A DNA stretch of 64,000 bases, taken from Octopus sinensis (Eukaryota). The DNA lies in the NCBI RefSeq assembly GCF_006345805.1, contig NW_021833271.1:1-64000 (forward strand). The letters are read 5' to 3'. This document shows, piece by piece, positions 1 to 14,800 of this stretch. How positions within the stretch are numbered: position 1 is the first letter of the stretch; each line of letters starts with the position of its first letter. The position numbers and the translations under genes were made by a program. The notes under the pieces were generated by a model, which did no database searches, was not told where the DNA came from, and worked only from the letters and a program-made list of their open reading frames with translations.

Positions 1-1329
1 GGATATATGCAACTATGGTGGAGGTTTCAGTAAATTGGAAATCTTTGACATTATTATTATTAAGGCAACAATTAGTCTTGGCAATACAGAAGTAGCTGTG
101 TACATCATGATAATATACATTTCTAAATCATAACCAGCATCACATTGTACACACATATATATATAGATACACTTGTATGCATAAAGTGCATACATGAAGC
201 CTGCATTACTAGTAGTGACATGCTCGTGGGTCCACAATGTTTATATCATTACGTGTATCCATATATTATGCACTCGTGAAAACAGTTCACAGGTCAATAG
301 AATAATTTTGACATAGTGACAAGTGCTACATATACATACATATTATATGCATGTATGTATATAGATACATATAGATAGATATGTAGTGTTTGTGTAAATT
401 TTTAATAGAAAATTGTAAGTTGGAGTTGATTGTTGCCTGAAATGATGTGAATTATGAAATATTTTTAACATGTTAGTTTATCAGTCCCTATTGTAAAATT
501 CTTAGAATAAATATTTAAAAAGGATAGATATAGGTAACTATTAAACATTTGTCCATAATGGACATATGTTTATGTGACATGCCTTATGAATTCAGATGAA
601 ACTGAAATTTAATAAATCATTAAAATGAAAAGGTTGTGTTTGTAATTACAGGTTGAAGAATATAAACCATATAATTGATGCAAAAAAAAAACTAAATATA
701 ATAATAGGATGAAATGAGACCAAATTACACTGTAACAAAATGTTAATTAATTTTGTTTTTCTTTGGTCAGTTAGTGTTATTTCTATTTGCTTCTATCTAT
801 AAATCAAAGGGAATGAGTAGCATCACCTTCAAACTTTGCTATTGTGATCAAGTCATCAATGTTTTGAAACTGTCTCATTTCCATTATACTTCAGACTGAT
901 TCACTGCTGAGCTGCTGAAGCAGAAATATTGTTGAACATATAATCTGCTTGATACCACATATTTGCTTGATCTTTATCACTTGAGCATGTCTGTTATTGG
1001 TTGACAATCTGTTAATCTCTAATTGTGAGCTGGCGTGGAGTAGTGGTGGAGCATTATAGCGCCTGTTGAGAGGATTCTTTGGGGTTGAATAAATGTAACA
1101 AAAGCAAAGTTTGAAAGGAATATAAGCCATTTTTTATACTTTCTAGGGGTAAATATATAGGAAATAACAGTTGCTACCAAGGACAAAAATCTTGTTTATA
1201 GATGTTATCAAATGTAACATGAAAACTGATAATACATGAAAACGAAATTCAAATGAGATAATGATGAATAATGTATTAGGTATTAATGTATATACATATC
1301 TATATTAACAAATGTATTTTTTCACACAT

Positions 1330-2330
1330 AAACAAACAAACTTTGCTTTTTATATTTATTGTTACAATGGTCAGTGTAAAAACAACTTTGTTTTTTTTAC
1401 AGTGAAATAGTATGTAGATTGCTAGAAATAGGAGCCAATAACCACCAAGTCACCCCCATCTATTTTCAGAAAATAATGTACAGTTATGTGCGGAATCATC
1501 ATCATCATTTAATATCCATTGGCCGTGCTGGCATGGGTTGGATGGTTTGACTGGGCTGGTATGCTGGAAAGCTGCACCAGACTCCAGTCTGATTTGGCAT
1601 CGTTTTCTACAGCTGGATGCCCTTCTAATGCCAACCACTCTGAGTGTGTAATGGGTGCTTTTACATGCCACTGGCATGACACTGGGGTGTGTTTATGAGC
1701 CATCAGGCACAGGTGCCAATTAGTGTGACACTTGTATTGTTGCAACTGATTTTGCTTGGCTTGATGGGTCTCTCTCAAGCACGACATAATGCCAAGGTCT
1801 TGGTCATTGCCTCCGTGAGGCCCCACACTTGAAAGGAACTCCGCCACTTTTGACACACAAAACCAGAAAACTATCAATTTATTAGTATTTTCAGCATTTG
1901 ATAGGTGGAGTTTTTTTCACTCTGTAAAAGCATTACAGTGAAATAGACTGTATGTGAATTGCTAGAAATAGTAGCCAGTACACCTTCTACTTGCCCCTTT
2001 TCATTCTGTTTTCAGAAAATAAGTTCACAGTTATCTGCAGAATGGTTAGATTAATTCAAATGATATGAAAATCCTAAATGTTGCCAATTTTATTTAGTGT
2101 TTTCAGTGGTCAACCTAGAAACAAACAAACTTTGCTTTTTATAAGGACATGTAGACATCATAGTGAAATGATACATGGATTGCCAATAACCACCAAGTTG
2201 ACTCCACTAATCCATTTTTAGAAAATAAGTGACTGTTATGTGCAGAATGGTCAATAACAAGCAAAGTCTGAAATATTATCAATTTTATTGAGTATTTTCA
2301 GTGGTCAGTGTACAAACAAATAGATTGCTG
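1330..2330. repeat. Diverged ~200-bp tandem repeat (3-4 copies) interrupted by an RTE 3'-tail copy at ~1496-1860
   Basis: The motifs agtgaaat..attgc, ttttcagaaaataa, gttatgtgcagaat and acaaactttgcttttt recur at ~1330-1495, 1870-2045, 2080-2250 and partially at 2270-2330. Confidence 0.55.
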
Positions 2331-2339
2331 GACCGATCA

Positions 2340-3500
2340 CCAACTTGAGATCTCACATCTCTATGATGGCATGGTAGGATGTTTGCAAACTAAATGCACT
2401 TTCTGAATCATTCTTCATCTCCAGAGGTCTGAAAGAAAGCTGCATCCTGGCTCTTACCTTGTTCTCCTTCAACCTGATGGTGATGCTCAATGAAATCCCA
2501 CATGACTCTCTCAGTGTCAATATCCGCTATCACCTGCATAGCAGACTCTATAACCTTGCACGCCTAAGATCCAAAACTTGAACATCAAATAGCAGCATCA
2601 AGAAGTTCCAGTAACAAATGACAGTGCTACTCCTATTGCCTCTGTTGTTGACCTCCAGCACTGTTTGACTCTTTGTCTTAGAAACCTACCATTGCTTTGG
2701 GATGGAAGGAATGAGGATAAAATGAAAAGACTTGTGTAGTCTGTTCTTGGACAAGAAATACGAGAAGCTACTGTCAACATAGGGGACACCTCTGGAAGTC
2801 ATCAGTTATTTCCAGTACCTCAGCAGCACTCTCTCACAATCTGCACCATACAAAAGGGACATCGACCACTGCATCAAATCCACCCATTTGCTTTTAGAAG
2901 ACACAGCAAGCATGTATTCAAAACCACAGGCTCCCTCTCTGAACAAAAATTCATGGTGTGTTCCATGTCCTTGTCATCTTCACCTTGCTCTACACATGTG
3001 AGACATGGACTCTGTATTGAAAAGACTTGAAAAAGTTTGAGCATTTCCAACCAGCTAAGCTTTAACAGATCCTCAATATCAAATGGCAGGACTGACACGT
3101 CATCTACAAAGTCCTCGATCATTCAGAAATGCCAAGCATTGAAGTTGCCATCCTCAAGTTGCATTGCCTCAAGTGGTCAAGACATATATCATCTGAACAG
3201 CCCCATCCTCTACAGTGAGTTTGGCAATGGGCATTGAAGACCCCCAAACTGCAGATTCAAAGAGAACACTGAAGTCTTTCCTCCTTCAAGCTGCAATCAC
3301 CCTTAATACCTGGAAACTGAATTGTCAACTGTCCCCTTGGCGAAGAGCAATTCATTTCACTTTTGAGGCGAAAGACTGAAGAAGAAGCAAAAGAAAGGCA
3401 ATGCAAGGCCTGACAACTCCAGCCAAGCCCACACCCACCCTGCCATGCAGTCAATGCCTGAGGTTGTTCCATTCCTGACTTGGCCTTCTGAGCCATGTCA
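2340..3500 (+). mobile_element. Decayed RTE/BovB-like LINE RT fragment
   Basis: Broken frames give ISRGLKESCILALTLFSF (GxKQGCxLAPTLF-like), NLARLRSKT and ILYSEF, with many stops. Confidence 0.55.
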
Positions 3501-3906
3501 AGTTTAAGTATTGTGGAGGCATCAGATGAACCAAATCTGGACAGAGTGGTGCCAACAACTATGTATAATTTTACCTTGTTTTGTATTTTTACTGTGTATG
3601 TTTTCTACACATTTTTATCATGCAATTCTATTAATCACCACATTTTATGTTCATCTTTGTGTATTGTCTCCCTCATCCATCACCTAGCTTGCAAATGAAA
3701 GAAATTGTTGCTGTTGTTGTTAATGTAGCAAATTAGCAGAATCTTTGAAGCATTAGAAAAATGCTGTGGTATTTGTTCCAACACTTTATGTACTGAGTTC
3801 TATTCTTGCAATGGTCAGGTGTACCTTTCACTCTTTTGTGTTGATAAAACAAAATAAAATTATATAATATTGGTGATATTGACTAATTCCTGGAAAATGT
3901 CTAACT

Positions 3907-4088
3907 GTCATCATTATTATTATTATCATATTATTATTCTTATATTATTATATCATTATATTATATATATCATTAGGATTATTATATTATCATTATTATA
4001 TTATATTATCATCATTATTATTATTATTATTATATTATTATATTATTATCATCATTATTATTATCTTATATTATCATCATTATTATTG
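3907..4088. repeat. (ATT)n-rich microsatellite
   Basis: Direct inspection. Confidence 0.9.
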
Positions 4089-5365
4089 TGGCAGTAAGCT
4101 AGCAGAATTGTAAGCACACCAGGCAAAATTCCTAGCAACATTTCGTCCATTTGTATGTTCTGAGTTCAAATTTTGCTGAGGTCAACTTTACCTTTCAACC
4201 TTTCTGGGTTGATAAAATAAGTACCAGTTCAACACAGGGATCGATGTAATCACCATGCCCCTCCCTCAAAATTGCTGACTTTGAGCCAGAATTTGAAATC
4301 ATTATTATTATTGTTAAAGCGGTGAGCTGACAGGACCATTAGCATGCTAGACAAAATGTTTGCGACATTTCATTTGTCTTTATATTCTGAATTCAAATGG
4401 CACAAGGTTGTCTTTCATCTTTACAGATGACTAGGGTCATTGTAATTGGCTAACCCCACCTCCCTCAAAATTTCAGACCTTATGCCTATAATAGGGTTAT
4501 TGTTATTCAAGATGGCAAGCTGGCTGAATCATTTGGCACACCAGGCAAATGTTAAGTAGCATTTCACCCATTCCTACTGTTTGAGTTAATTCCTCAGAGG
4601 TTGACTTTGCCTTTAATCCTTTTGGGTTGATATATTAAGTACAGTGAAATACTGGGGTGATGTAATTATTACTAGTCACCTCCCACCAAATTTCAGCCTT
4701 GTGCCTTTAGTTTTACATTATTATCATTATTGTTATTATTTTATTATGGTATCAATCTGACAGACAAGATGTGTCAAACAAGATGTGTTGCAATATTCGC
4801 ATTCATTTCCTAGTGAGATTAAATTCACCCTTAGTCCTTCCAATGTTGATAAAATAAAGAAATAAAGTCAGGTGGTGATGTTATCAGCTAACACACTTCA
4901 CCTCGAAATTGCTGGCTTTTTGCAAAAATCAAAAGTAATTATTGGTTTCATATTTTGGCACAAGGCCTGCAATTTTAGGAGTTGGAGTAAGTTGATTACG
5001 TTGACTCCAGTGTCCTACTTGGTACTATTTTATTGACCCTGGAAGGATGAAATGCAAAGTTCATCTCAGCAAAATTTGACCTCAGAATATAAAGTTGGTT
5101 GAAATGCCACTAAGCATTTTCCTGTATGCTAATGGTTCTGCCTGCTCACTGCCCTAAAATCCAAAGTAATTAATGTGGTAAATAAGCAGCATCAGCAGAG
5201 ATGGGAGAAAATAATATTAATTATTTAGTTAGGCTGTTTACATTCTGAGTTCAAATTCTATTGAAATTGATTTTTTGACTTTCATTTCTTCAAGGCTAGT
5301 AAAAGAGAGAACCCATCTTGGGTCATTGATATTGACATAGCCCCTCCTCTCAAAATTGTACCTGA
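4089..5365 (+). mobile_element. Cluster of about 5-6 Nin-domain-type SINEs (one inverted near 4970-5150)
   Basis: Repeated ctgagttcaaat...ctttcatcctt...gttgataaaataagtaccag...ccctccctcaaaatt core with ATT-rich tails. Confidence 0.65.
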
Positions 5366-5558
5366 TTTATTACAAACGTGACCAATGTTCAAATCTTTAT
5401 TATTAGAACATATTTTTAAAATTTTGAAAAATTGCTCATTTTCTTCAAAATATACTTCTGGTTTGTTTTTTTTCTTTACTTTTTTTGTTCTTTTATTAAG
5501 TGCACTAATTTGATTTTGTTTGTTTTTCTTTTAACTCTTTATGTTCTGAAATTCATAG

Positions 5559-5813
5559 ATTCTCCAGAAGACAGTATGATACTAGATGTTTCTGGAGGAA
5601 AAGTATGTGTTGATACTCCAATCAAATTCCGCTGCAGTTGGAAAGGTGGTAATCACCAGCAAAGTGTAACCCTGAAGTATGAAAAATACTCAAATACTAG
5701 TAAAGAAGAAGTTGAAATTAATGTAAGACCTTCCAAATCTCATCAAACAGTCAAGTGTCTGGGCATTCATATTGCTGCAAATGTGTCTCGTGAAAAGAAT
5801 TTAACTATTTATT
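5559..5813 (+). CDS. Ig-domain exon A (255 nt, phase 1-1)
   Basis: Polypyrimidine tract + ttcatag acceptor and T|gtgagt donor. Reads xSPEDSMILDVSGGKVCVDTPIKFRCSWKGGNHQQSVTLKY...QTVKCLGIHIAANVSREKNLTIY with no stops. Confidence 0.85.
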
Positions 5814-8800
5814 GTGAGTAAATGGAGCATCTTTTGAAATTTTTATCTTCTGTTTTTATCATTTTCTTTTTTTAATTCCAATATGAAAAAAATTTTTAAC
5901 TGTAAGATTCTAGTCTTTTGTATATGTTGGTTGGTTTGGCTGTAGGTTTTTGAGTGAAGGAAAAAAATATATAATATCCTGTGATTCCAAACCAGGTGAG
6001 CATTGTTTTATTCTTCTGGAACTATGTACTAATTGCATTGTTGGAATTTGTGTAGTTTTATCATGCAAGTTGAATATACAGGGGAATAAACTTATGGTCA
6101 AATGCCATTATAAATAGTGCCCCAGCATGACCAGAACTTTGAAGCTGAAACAGTTTTAAAGATTTAAAGACTTATGGCTAAATATCTGGGAGCTCTTTAA
6201 ATTTTATTTAGGAAAAGAGATCAGTAATTAGAGGGATATCAAATTACTGGACTAGTTCATTAAAGTCAGAAAAAGAGTTATGGCTCTGTTGATAATTGAC
6301 AGTTAAACTAGATGAGATGCAGTTCAGTTTTGTTCTGGAAAAAAAGAAGTACTGATATCATATTCTGGTCAGTCAACAAGTGAAGAACCTGTTGACCTAG
6401 AGAAAGCCTTTGACGAGGGTACTCATTTGGGGATCTAGTAATTATTGATGAAGCTAGGAGTATAAGAATGGCTTATGTGAGCCATACAATCCATATACAG
6501 GTGTATTGTCAGCAATATGAGAAATAGCAATGAGTACAGTGATGACTTTAGTGTGTAGGTAGGATACCATCAGTGCTTAGTCTCTTTCTATTTATCAAGA
6601 CCTCCAGGGGAGTTTAAGATTAGGTGTCTACAGGAATTCTTATTTGCTCATGTTCTCTTTTTTATGGCTGAAGCTGGAGTAAGACTGGGAAAACATTACA
6701 GTGTGAAAGCAAAGCATGGAATCAAAGGGCCTCATTACCTTGGTAAACATTCAAAACTTAGTAAATCAGAAAACATACAAGACCCTTCGTCCATCTGGAT
6801 AATTACCTTGTTTCATATGTAAAAAGAGGAATGGGTGGAAAGTTGATATAGTGTATCCAGTGCAAACTGTGTATGTGCAAGAGATACAATGGAATTATGG
6901 GTAGGTTGACAAAGTGGACATTGTATGTAGCAGGTGTGCTGGAGCAATAAACATTAAGTGAACATGAGAAATGATGCCTTCAAAAGCCCAGGAAGATTTC
7001 TAGATGTAATAGAGAGCTTTTGTTATCTAGGTGATCAAAACAGTATTGGTGGAAGTTGTTCTCAAAGTGTAGTAGCCAATGTAAAATCTGAGTAGAGAAA
7101 GTCCATGGATTTATTACTTCTGTCATAAGCATAAAGTTTTTCTCTCAGTGTGAAAAGCTGACCTTATGATGCTTTTTTCAACTTGAAATGCTCCATGATC
7201 GTGAGACATGAGCCTTGAATGTGGAGGACCTGAAAAGACTAGAAATAGATAAAGCATTCATGCTCCACTGGATATGCAATGTTAGTGTGCAAAACTGATG
7301 GAATACAAATGTGTTGGGAAACACTGGCCAAGAATTAAATGTAGTATACATTAGTTGGGTATGTGATATGTATGGATGAAGACAGTTGTATATAAAAGTA
7401 ATGATCACTCACAGTAGATGAAACCTGTGTGAGAGAAAGACATGGGATGAGGATGCTCAGGATGCTGGCACTCATGGAAGAGATGACAAACCAAGTTGAT
7501 TAGTGATATGCAGTACTCAACATGATTTACCTTCCTATGATTGCACATCATGGCTAAGGCTCTCAAAGCGTAATATATATATATGTCATATGCACCTGAG
7601 TCTCCCCCATCTATCCAGACAACTGAGTTCCCCCTCAAGTCACTTCCATTCTCCTCATTCTAACAATTGACAATCCCTACCTCACCCTTGTTAATATCCA
7701 TCTTAAACTCTCATCTTCATTTGTAACTTCTGGATCGCTGCCACTCCTATTGATACTCATTCCTCATTTTTGTCATCCATGACTACATTCCTTCCTTGTG
7801 GTTTCCAATTTTCACATTCACTTCACTCACAACCTCAACTCCACTTCATCATCCTGTCCTCACTCTCACTCGCAATCTCTAATTCTACATCCAGCATCCT
7901 ATCCCCTCAGTCTCCTCCACTTGCGACCTGAGTTCTATCCCTCATCACTCTATCAGACATCCCTCTATCATTTCCCAATATACTACATTTTTCTGCTCTG
8001 TAAGAAACTGATATAGAACCTGCTGCTATGCACCATACCATTGCCATCTCTGTACTGCTGATCACCACTCTTCTCCTCATACTATTCTCAATCAGTCTTC
8101 ATTCTCATTCTCAATTGCACCCCACTCATACTGGTTCCCTCCACCCTTGTTCACCCTTCTCTACATTTACTTCTATATACTACTGACCTCATTCACCTCA
8201 TCTTTATATCCACCTCACTCTCCTTTCACACTCTTACAGCCTTATCTGCAAACCTTCATTATTCTCCTGTATCCTTCTCTCTTCCATTATCTTGGACATG
8301 TTAACATGCATGTATGTTCTGTTACCTTGTCATCACCATATTTACCTCTTGAGTCCCATTCCAGTCCTTCCCACCCATGATGCAAAATAAATAGTTGCCA
8401 CACATCTTTCTGCCACCCTCCACAGTGATACTTTAACATCTCAACTCCTTGCTTAAAGCATCCACCTATCTCTTATCTTCCCCATTAGTTGAATAGCTCT
8501 TCAGTCTTGCAAGTTACAAAGGAACTTCATTAGAGTTGATGCTATGAAAATAGCACCAAGTCAACTCTGTAAAGTGGTTGGCATTAGGAAAGGTATACAG
8601 AAAGCATGCTAAAACTGACTTTTAAGCAAGATGTGGTTCTCTGGCCTGCAGGAGCCTTGTTAAAACGTATTGTCCATGCTAGCATGGAAAGCAGACACAA
8701 GATGATAGTGGCAGTGGCAGCAGCAATGATGATTATCATCCTCTCTATGATGATAGTGCATGTCTGTTTTGAGGAAGATATATACATATTAAGAACCCAT

Positions 8801-11800
8801 ATGTCAGAAAAAAATAAGCTCACACTATATTTGTTATAGAGAAGGTATAATAGTCAAAAGTACAGTATTATAGATCCATTACAGCTAATCTTACCACTTG
8901 GTTTTACTCTGGGAATTAAATGGATATTAGATAAACAGCACAGTTAAAAAATCTCTGTGCTCTTGAGATCTGGTAGGTATGGAAAAAATATCTGTTTTGA
9001 GGAAGGTAAAAAAGAAATTTATAATGTAATGCAATTTATGAAGTTTTGCAAAATGTAGGTAAAACATTATGAAAAGTCTGCACCAACAAATTTTCATAAA
9101 TTCCTTTTTTAAAAACACCTATATTGTGGTATTTTCAGTTTGACATTAAACTTCCCTTATTTTATTACAATTTCTATCATTATCAGCAGTTCCAATTTAC
9201 AAAAATGTAATATTTCATCATACACATTTTTATTTTATTTTATTTAATGATAGTAGTTGTGGAACTTATGTAGACTTATATTCAATGTTGCCTTTTATTC
9301 TGCATCCTTTTCCTGAAACTTTGTGTCTTGCTAATTAAATTTTGCCAACATCTTCAAAACTTAAATGGTAGTCTGATGAAATTCTTGGATACAAGTATTT
9401 TTTATATAGATGTGTATTTTCTAATATATTGGTTAGGATTTGAAAATTTGTATTGGACATTTCTTTCAGTGTAAAGATTGCAATACTAACAGAATTATTT
9501 AAAATTTTCTCATTTTTTATGCATCACTTTATATTCAATGCAACTTGGAATATTAATTGCCAATGTAACAGCAAAAAATAAAATATTTTTATGCAAGTAT
9601 TTACGTAAATAATCTGATTTCCTTTTATACAGATCCACCTGATATGGTAGAATCAAGGCTGATGAACCCTTTCTTGAAGGTGACAAAGGCATTTTGCATT
9701 GTAAGGCAAGAATGGATATCCAGAAAAGTACAGCTACAGGTGGGATCCAAGTAAGAAGACCTCACAAAATTTAACATTTCCTCAACTCAATCGAACACAC
9801 AATAATGAGGATTACACTTGTTATGTTCTAACAAGTGCAGTAAAAGAGAATTACATAAAAACAATTGGATCAATGTAGAATGTAAGTTGAAAGCTTAAAA
9901 TTCTATTACAAACCTGTAAAATAATTTATTTACATTCATTACAGAAAAGTACTACGATCAATTCATCTTTGTTAATTTTGTTTTTTACCCCAAAATCTTC
10001 ACATAGTTGATTTTCTTTGTTTTTCTAAAATAAATTGTTTAATAAAAATACAAATTGTAGGTTGTAAAATTAATTTCAACCTATCAACATTTAAACAGCT
10101 GTACATTATTTACATTTGACGGATATTTGTCCTCATCTTGCATGTCTTGTTAACACAATGTTTTGGCTGATATACCCTCATTTCGCCTGGAATTGAACTC
10201 GGAATCTTGGGGTTAGTAGCCTGCGCACGCTCTTAACCACTATGCCATAAGCCCGTGGGCAGTTATGGAGTGAATTTTTGGGCTTATAAATCTAATATTT
10301 CCTACCCTTCCTTAATACCATTTTGCATATGCTACTTATTGGATTAAGAACAGAACAAGGAGATAAGCCCTGCTTTCCCAGGAATTACTGGGTACATCAG
10401 CTAATATATATATAGATAGATAAAACATAATAGCTTCCCCTGAACCATTTAGTTCATTTTGGTTGACAAACAAATGAATTAACTCTCTTATATATATAAA
10501 TAAAATTTTGCATTTTAAATGCCTTTGGTGAAAATTTTCAGGGTGCATAAAAGGACAATATGTGAACTACATAGCGATTTACTGGAATATTCAAATATAC
10601 ACAGAAAATATATCTATGTTTACTATGTATATGTGTGTGTGCACGCATGCATAAAAATATTCATTTATTTTAAAATTCAATATTACTAATATAATAATCA
10701 TGAATAATGATTTTATACTTTGTAAGAGGAACATTATTTACTGAATAAAATGAAATAAAATTAAAGTGAAAGAGAAATAAAGTTATGTTCATGTTTGTAT
10801 ATGTGTGTGTGCATGTCTATGCTCATATTTATATATTACACGCACACACACATGCACAGACGCACATACACAGGTACAGATATACATACACACAATAATT
10901 ATGGATGCCAATGGTTTTATATCAACTACATGTGTAATATGTTACTTTCTAAGTTTTTATTAATGTACATAAATACTAGAGCAGCAATAAAAGTTCATTC
11001 ACCATTATTTGATATAATTTATATTGAAGTTTAATAGGTAGGAGCACTCTGTCGGTTGCGACGATGAGGGTCCCAGCTGATACGATCAACGGAACAGCTT
11101 CTCATGAATTAACGTGCAAGTGGCTGAGCACCCACAGACACATGTACCCTCTAACGTAGTTCTCGAGGAGATTCAGCGTGACACAGCGTGTGACAAGGCT
11201 GGCCTTTGAAATACAGGTACAAGAGAAACAGAAGAAAGAGTGAGGGTAAGTTGTGGTGAAAGAGTACAGCAGGGTTCACCACCACCCGCTGCCGGAGCAT
11301 CGGGAGCTTTAGGTGTTTCGCTCAATAAACACTCACAATGGGCTAAAAGACATGGACGACATCCAGAAAACTTCATGAGAAAGTATTGACTGTCTTGAAA
11401 CTTGAAGTCGGCAAGATCAAAGGAGGAGGAGACAACTCTTGTGAAATCCTTGGTCATGTAGAGGAGCTGCGCAACTAGGAGGATGGCACATCGATGTGCT
11501 CAACATGTTCAAACGATCTGCTCCGACATAGAGTTCCCTGCCCTTCACAAAGAACTTTTCTCAGTAGAAGGCATCGAAGGATCATGAGTTTAATAATAAT
11601 GATAATAATCAACTAAATTATGTAAAAGTAAAAGTACATGATAAATAATAATATAATAAATAAAATAAATAAGGTAGCAGAAATAATGAATATAGAAAAA
11701 TAGGATAAGAATAAAAAATAGAAATAAAGGGGAAGTAAAATTTATTTATGCGTGAATGCATGTCCGTGTATATGCATACATGGATTATATTATGTGTATG

Positions 11801-14800
11801 TGGATATCTATATATGGATAACATTGTTGGTATTTATAAAACATAATAATAAAATAAAATAAGGTAAATAAGTAAGCAGAAATAAGGAATAAAGAATAAA
11901 TGAAAATATAAAGGTGAAATAAATTTGCTTATGTGTTATACACGTGAATACATGTATGGGTGTATCTTGTTTATATATTAGTATCTCTATATGTACTTGC
12001 ATATACAGATAGTAGAGATGTTTATTTCTAGTTATTTCATTAGTTCATTAGTTTATATTTCCACACCCTAGCGGTTGAGGGAACCTGTGGAAGCGGTAGA
12101 CCCAGGAAGCACGACCTTCGAACTTTAGGCCTCACCAAGGAAATACACGAGATATAGTATTCAAATTTAGGATTTTTGAAAGACACTATACTTTATAATG
12201 AGATTATATATTACTGTGGTAAAAACAAATTCAAGCGAGGTTGTTGCCAGTACCGAGACCTTTGGAAATATGCTGTGCGTGAGAAGACCGGCAAGCCAAA
12301 TGAGACCATAACCTGGTCTGCCTGTGCCAGGGGTGTGTAACCAGCCCACTGTGCATACCTTTCCCTTCTCTGAACACTAATCTCTGCTTGCGAAGACCTG
12401 TTGAGGCAATTGAAATTGAAACCGAAATCAAAATCAAAGTGAAATTCGATGACGGGCACGAGCACCATACGAGCGTGATTGTTGCCAGCTTCGCCTTACT
12501 GGCACTTATGTCCTGTGCTAGTAGGGTGCTAAGAGCACCATCTGAGCATGATCGTTGCCAGAGTGGCTAACTGGTTTGTAGGAGGGATGTAGGAGGCACC
12601 ATTCAAGCGGGATCGTTACCAGCATCGCCTTACTGGCACCTGTGCTGTTAGCATGTGTAAAAACAAATTCAAGTGAGGTCGTTGCCAGTACCGCCTGACT
12701 GGCCCGATGCTGGTGGCACGTAAAAGCACCCACTACACTCTCGGAGTGGTTGGTGTTAGGAAGGGCATCCAGCTGTAGAAACTCTGCTAGATCAAGACTG
12801 GAGCTTGGTGCAGCCATCTGGTTCACCAGCCGACAGTCAAACTGTCCAACCCATGCTAGCATGGAAAGCAGACGTTACACAACAATGATGATGATGATTT
12901 GAGTATGGATAATATTGTTGGTATTTATCTGTATATATAAAGGCAGGATGTGTGTACGTGAACGTAATTTATGCATGTCCACAAATTAGCACAATGTCGC
13001 TCCAATTTTAGGAGGACATTTGTCACGATCCTAACTGTATTTTTGTCAAATTATTTTCCCGAAGCACCAGCGGGTAGTAGTAAAAACCGATTTTCAACCT
13101 TAACTTTTACCAATTTTGAAGTTTGCTAACATGAGTTAAGTCCCTTCTTGCCATAAGGAAGTGAAATGTGTGTGTGTGTGTGAGGGAGAGAGAAGTTGTG
13201 TGTGAGGGAGACAGATGTTGTGTGTTGTTGTGTGTGTGTGTGTGTGAGGGAGAGATAAAGTAAGTGACAGTGTTCACCAAAAATAAAAATGTAAAATGTT
13301 TTTTTTCTTATACACGAGATATAGTATTCAAATTTAGGATGTTTTTGAAAGACACTATACTTGATAATCAGATTATATATACTTTCTCACACAACAATGA
13401 AAAATATTTATTTTAAATCCTGAAAACACATGTCCCTAGATGCAGCCCGGTCGGCTGGGAGTATTTGTCTCCCCTTCGTAAATGTATATAAGGACACAGG
13501 AAAAATGTGTCAAAGCCATCAGGAGGCGTCGATGCTTCTTAGGGCTAAACAGCGGTGTGTACCCCCTACTGTCACGTTCGTGTTAGATTGACAGTATACA
13601 ACCATTCTATCGCCCCACCACCGTACATGTCTCTACGAGAAGATTTAGAAATTTAGTATTCCTATTTTAAATCATTTATTTATTTTAAATCGTTCATCTT
13701 TCTCCCTGCCCCCTCTCTCTCACACACAAAACATTACTTTGGACAAGAAGAGTTTGTTTTTATTTACATTGAGGAAGAATTTTTGTTGAGAATCTATGTA
13801 TTTAACAACATAGAAACATTAAGTTTCTGAAAAGACTTACATTTAATGTTTCTGCAAAGAAAGAGGCTTGGAGAAGCCATTATGAAAGACTGCTGAATGT
13901 AGAGAATGAATGGGAGGAGAAGAGCCTGCCAATGTTAATCCAGTTGAAGGACCAGCTATCCAATAGAGAGCTCCCTAGTAGATAAAGCAATTAAGGGTAT
14001 AAGCCAGGAAAATCCCCCGGCCTATCAGGAATCACCACTGAGATGCTTAAAACACCTGGTGGAGTGGGATATGGCCTAGTCACATGCATTGTAAACCAGG
14101 TAGTTCATGGAGTCATACCCAATGACTGGCGTAGGAGCACCATAGTCAACTGCTACAAGGGTAAAGGTGATGCTCTAGATAGAAATAACTACAGACGTAT
14201 CAAACTGCTGGATCAGGTGATGACTGTCACTGAGAGGGTCATAGCCCATCTCATTAGGGAGAGAGTCTGCTTAGATGAGATGCAGTTCGGTTTTGTTCTG
14301 GGTAGAAGCACCACTGATGCCATATTCCTGGTTTGACAACTGCAGGAGAAATACCTAGCTAAAGATAAACCCCTGTACTTAGCTTTTGTGGACTTGGAGA
14401 AAGCCTTTGACAGGGTTCCTCGATCCCTTATCTGGTGGGCAATGTGGAAATTGGAGATTGACGAATGGTTAATAAGGGCTGTACAGGCCCTATACCAGAG
14501 GCCGTTAGTAAGGTTAGGATTAGCAACGAGTATCATAAAGAATTCCGGGTAGAAGTAGGGATCCACCAAGGTTCAGCCCTCAGTCCCTTTTATTCATCAT
14601 AGTCCTCTAAGCAATAACAGAGGAATTCAAGACAGGTTGCCCCTGGGAGCTCCTCTATGCTGATGACCTGGCCCTCATAGCAGAATCACTACCGGAACTA
14701 GAAAAGAAATTTCGGCTGTGGAAGCAAGGTTTAGAATCAAAAGGCCTTAGAGTCAATGTAGCAAAGACCAAAGTTCTAGTAAGTAGGAAGGCGAACTCAT

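Noticed and set aside
891-1130. Minus-strand ORF (RRYNAP...) as a Helitron fragment or inverted Ig paralog (QQ*ISLKY resembles exon A)
   Set aside because: The similarity is limited to a few residues, with no supporting motifs or splice structure.
7640-8400. Pyrimidine/purine-skewed tracts with ORFs (also 30.5-31.0, 45.5-46.1 and 48.1-48.6 kb)
   Set aside because: These are low-complexity tails of a dispersed repeat, and the ORFs are compositional artefacts.
10184-10248. tRNA gene on the minus strand
   Set aside because: A/B boxes are present but there is no convincing cloverleaf or acceptor stem; best read as a SINE head.
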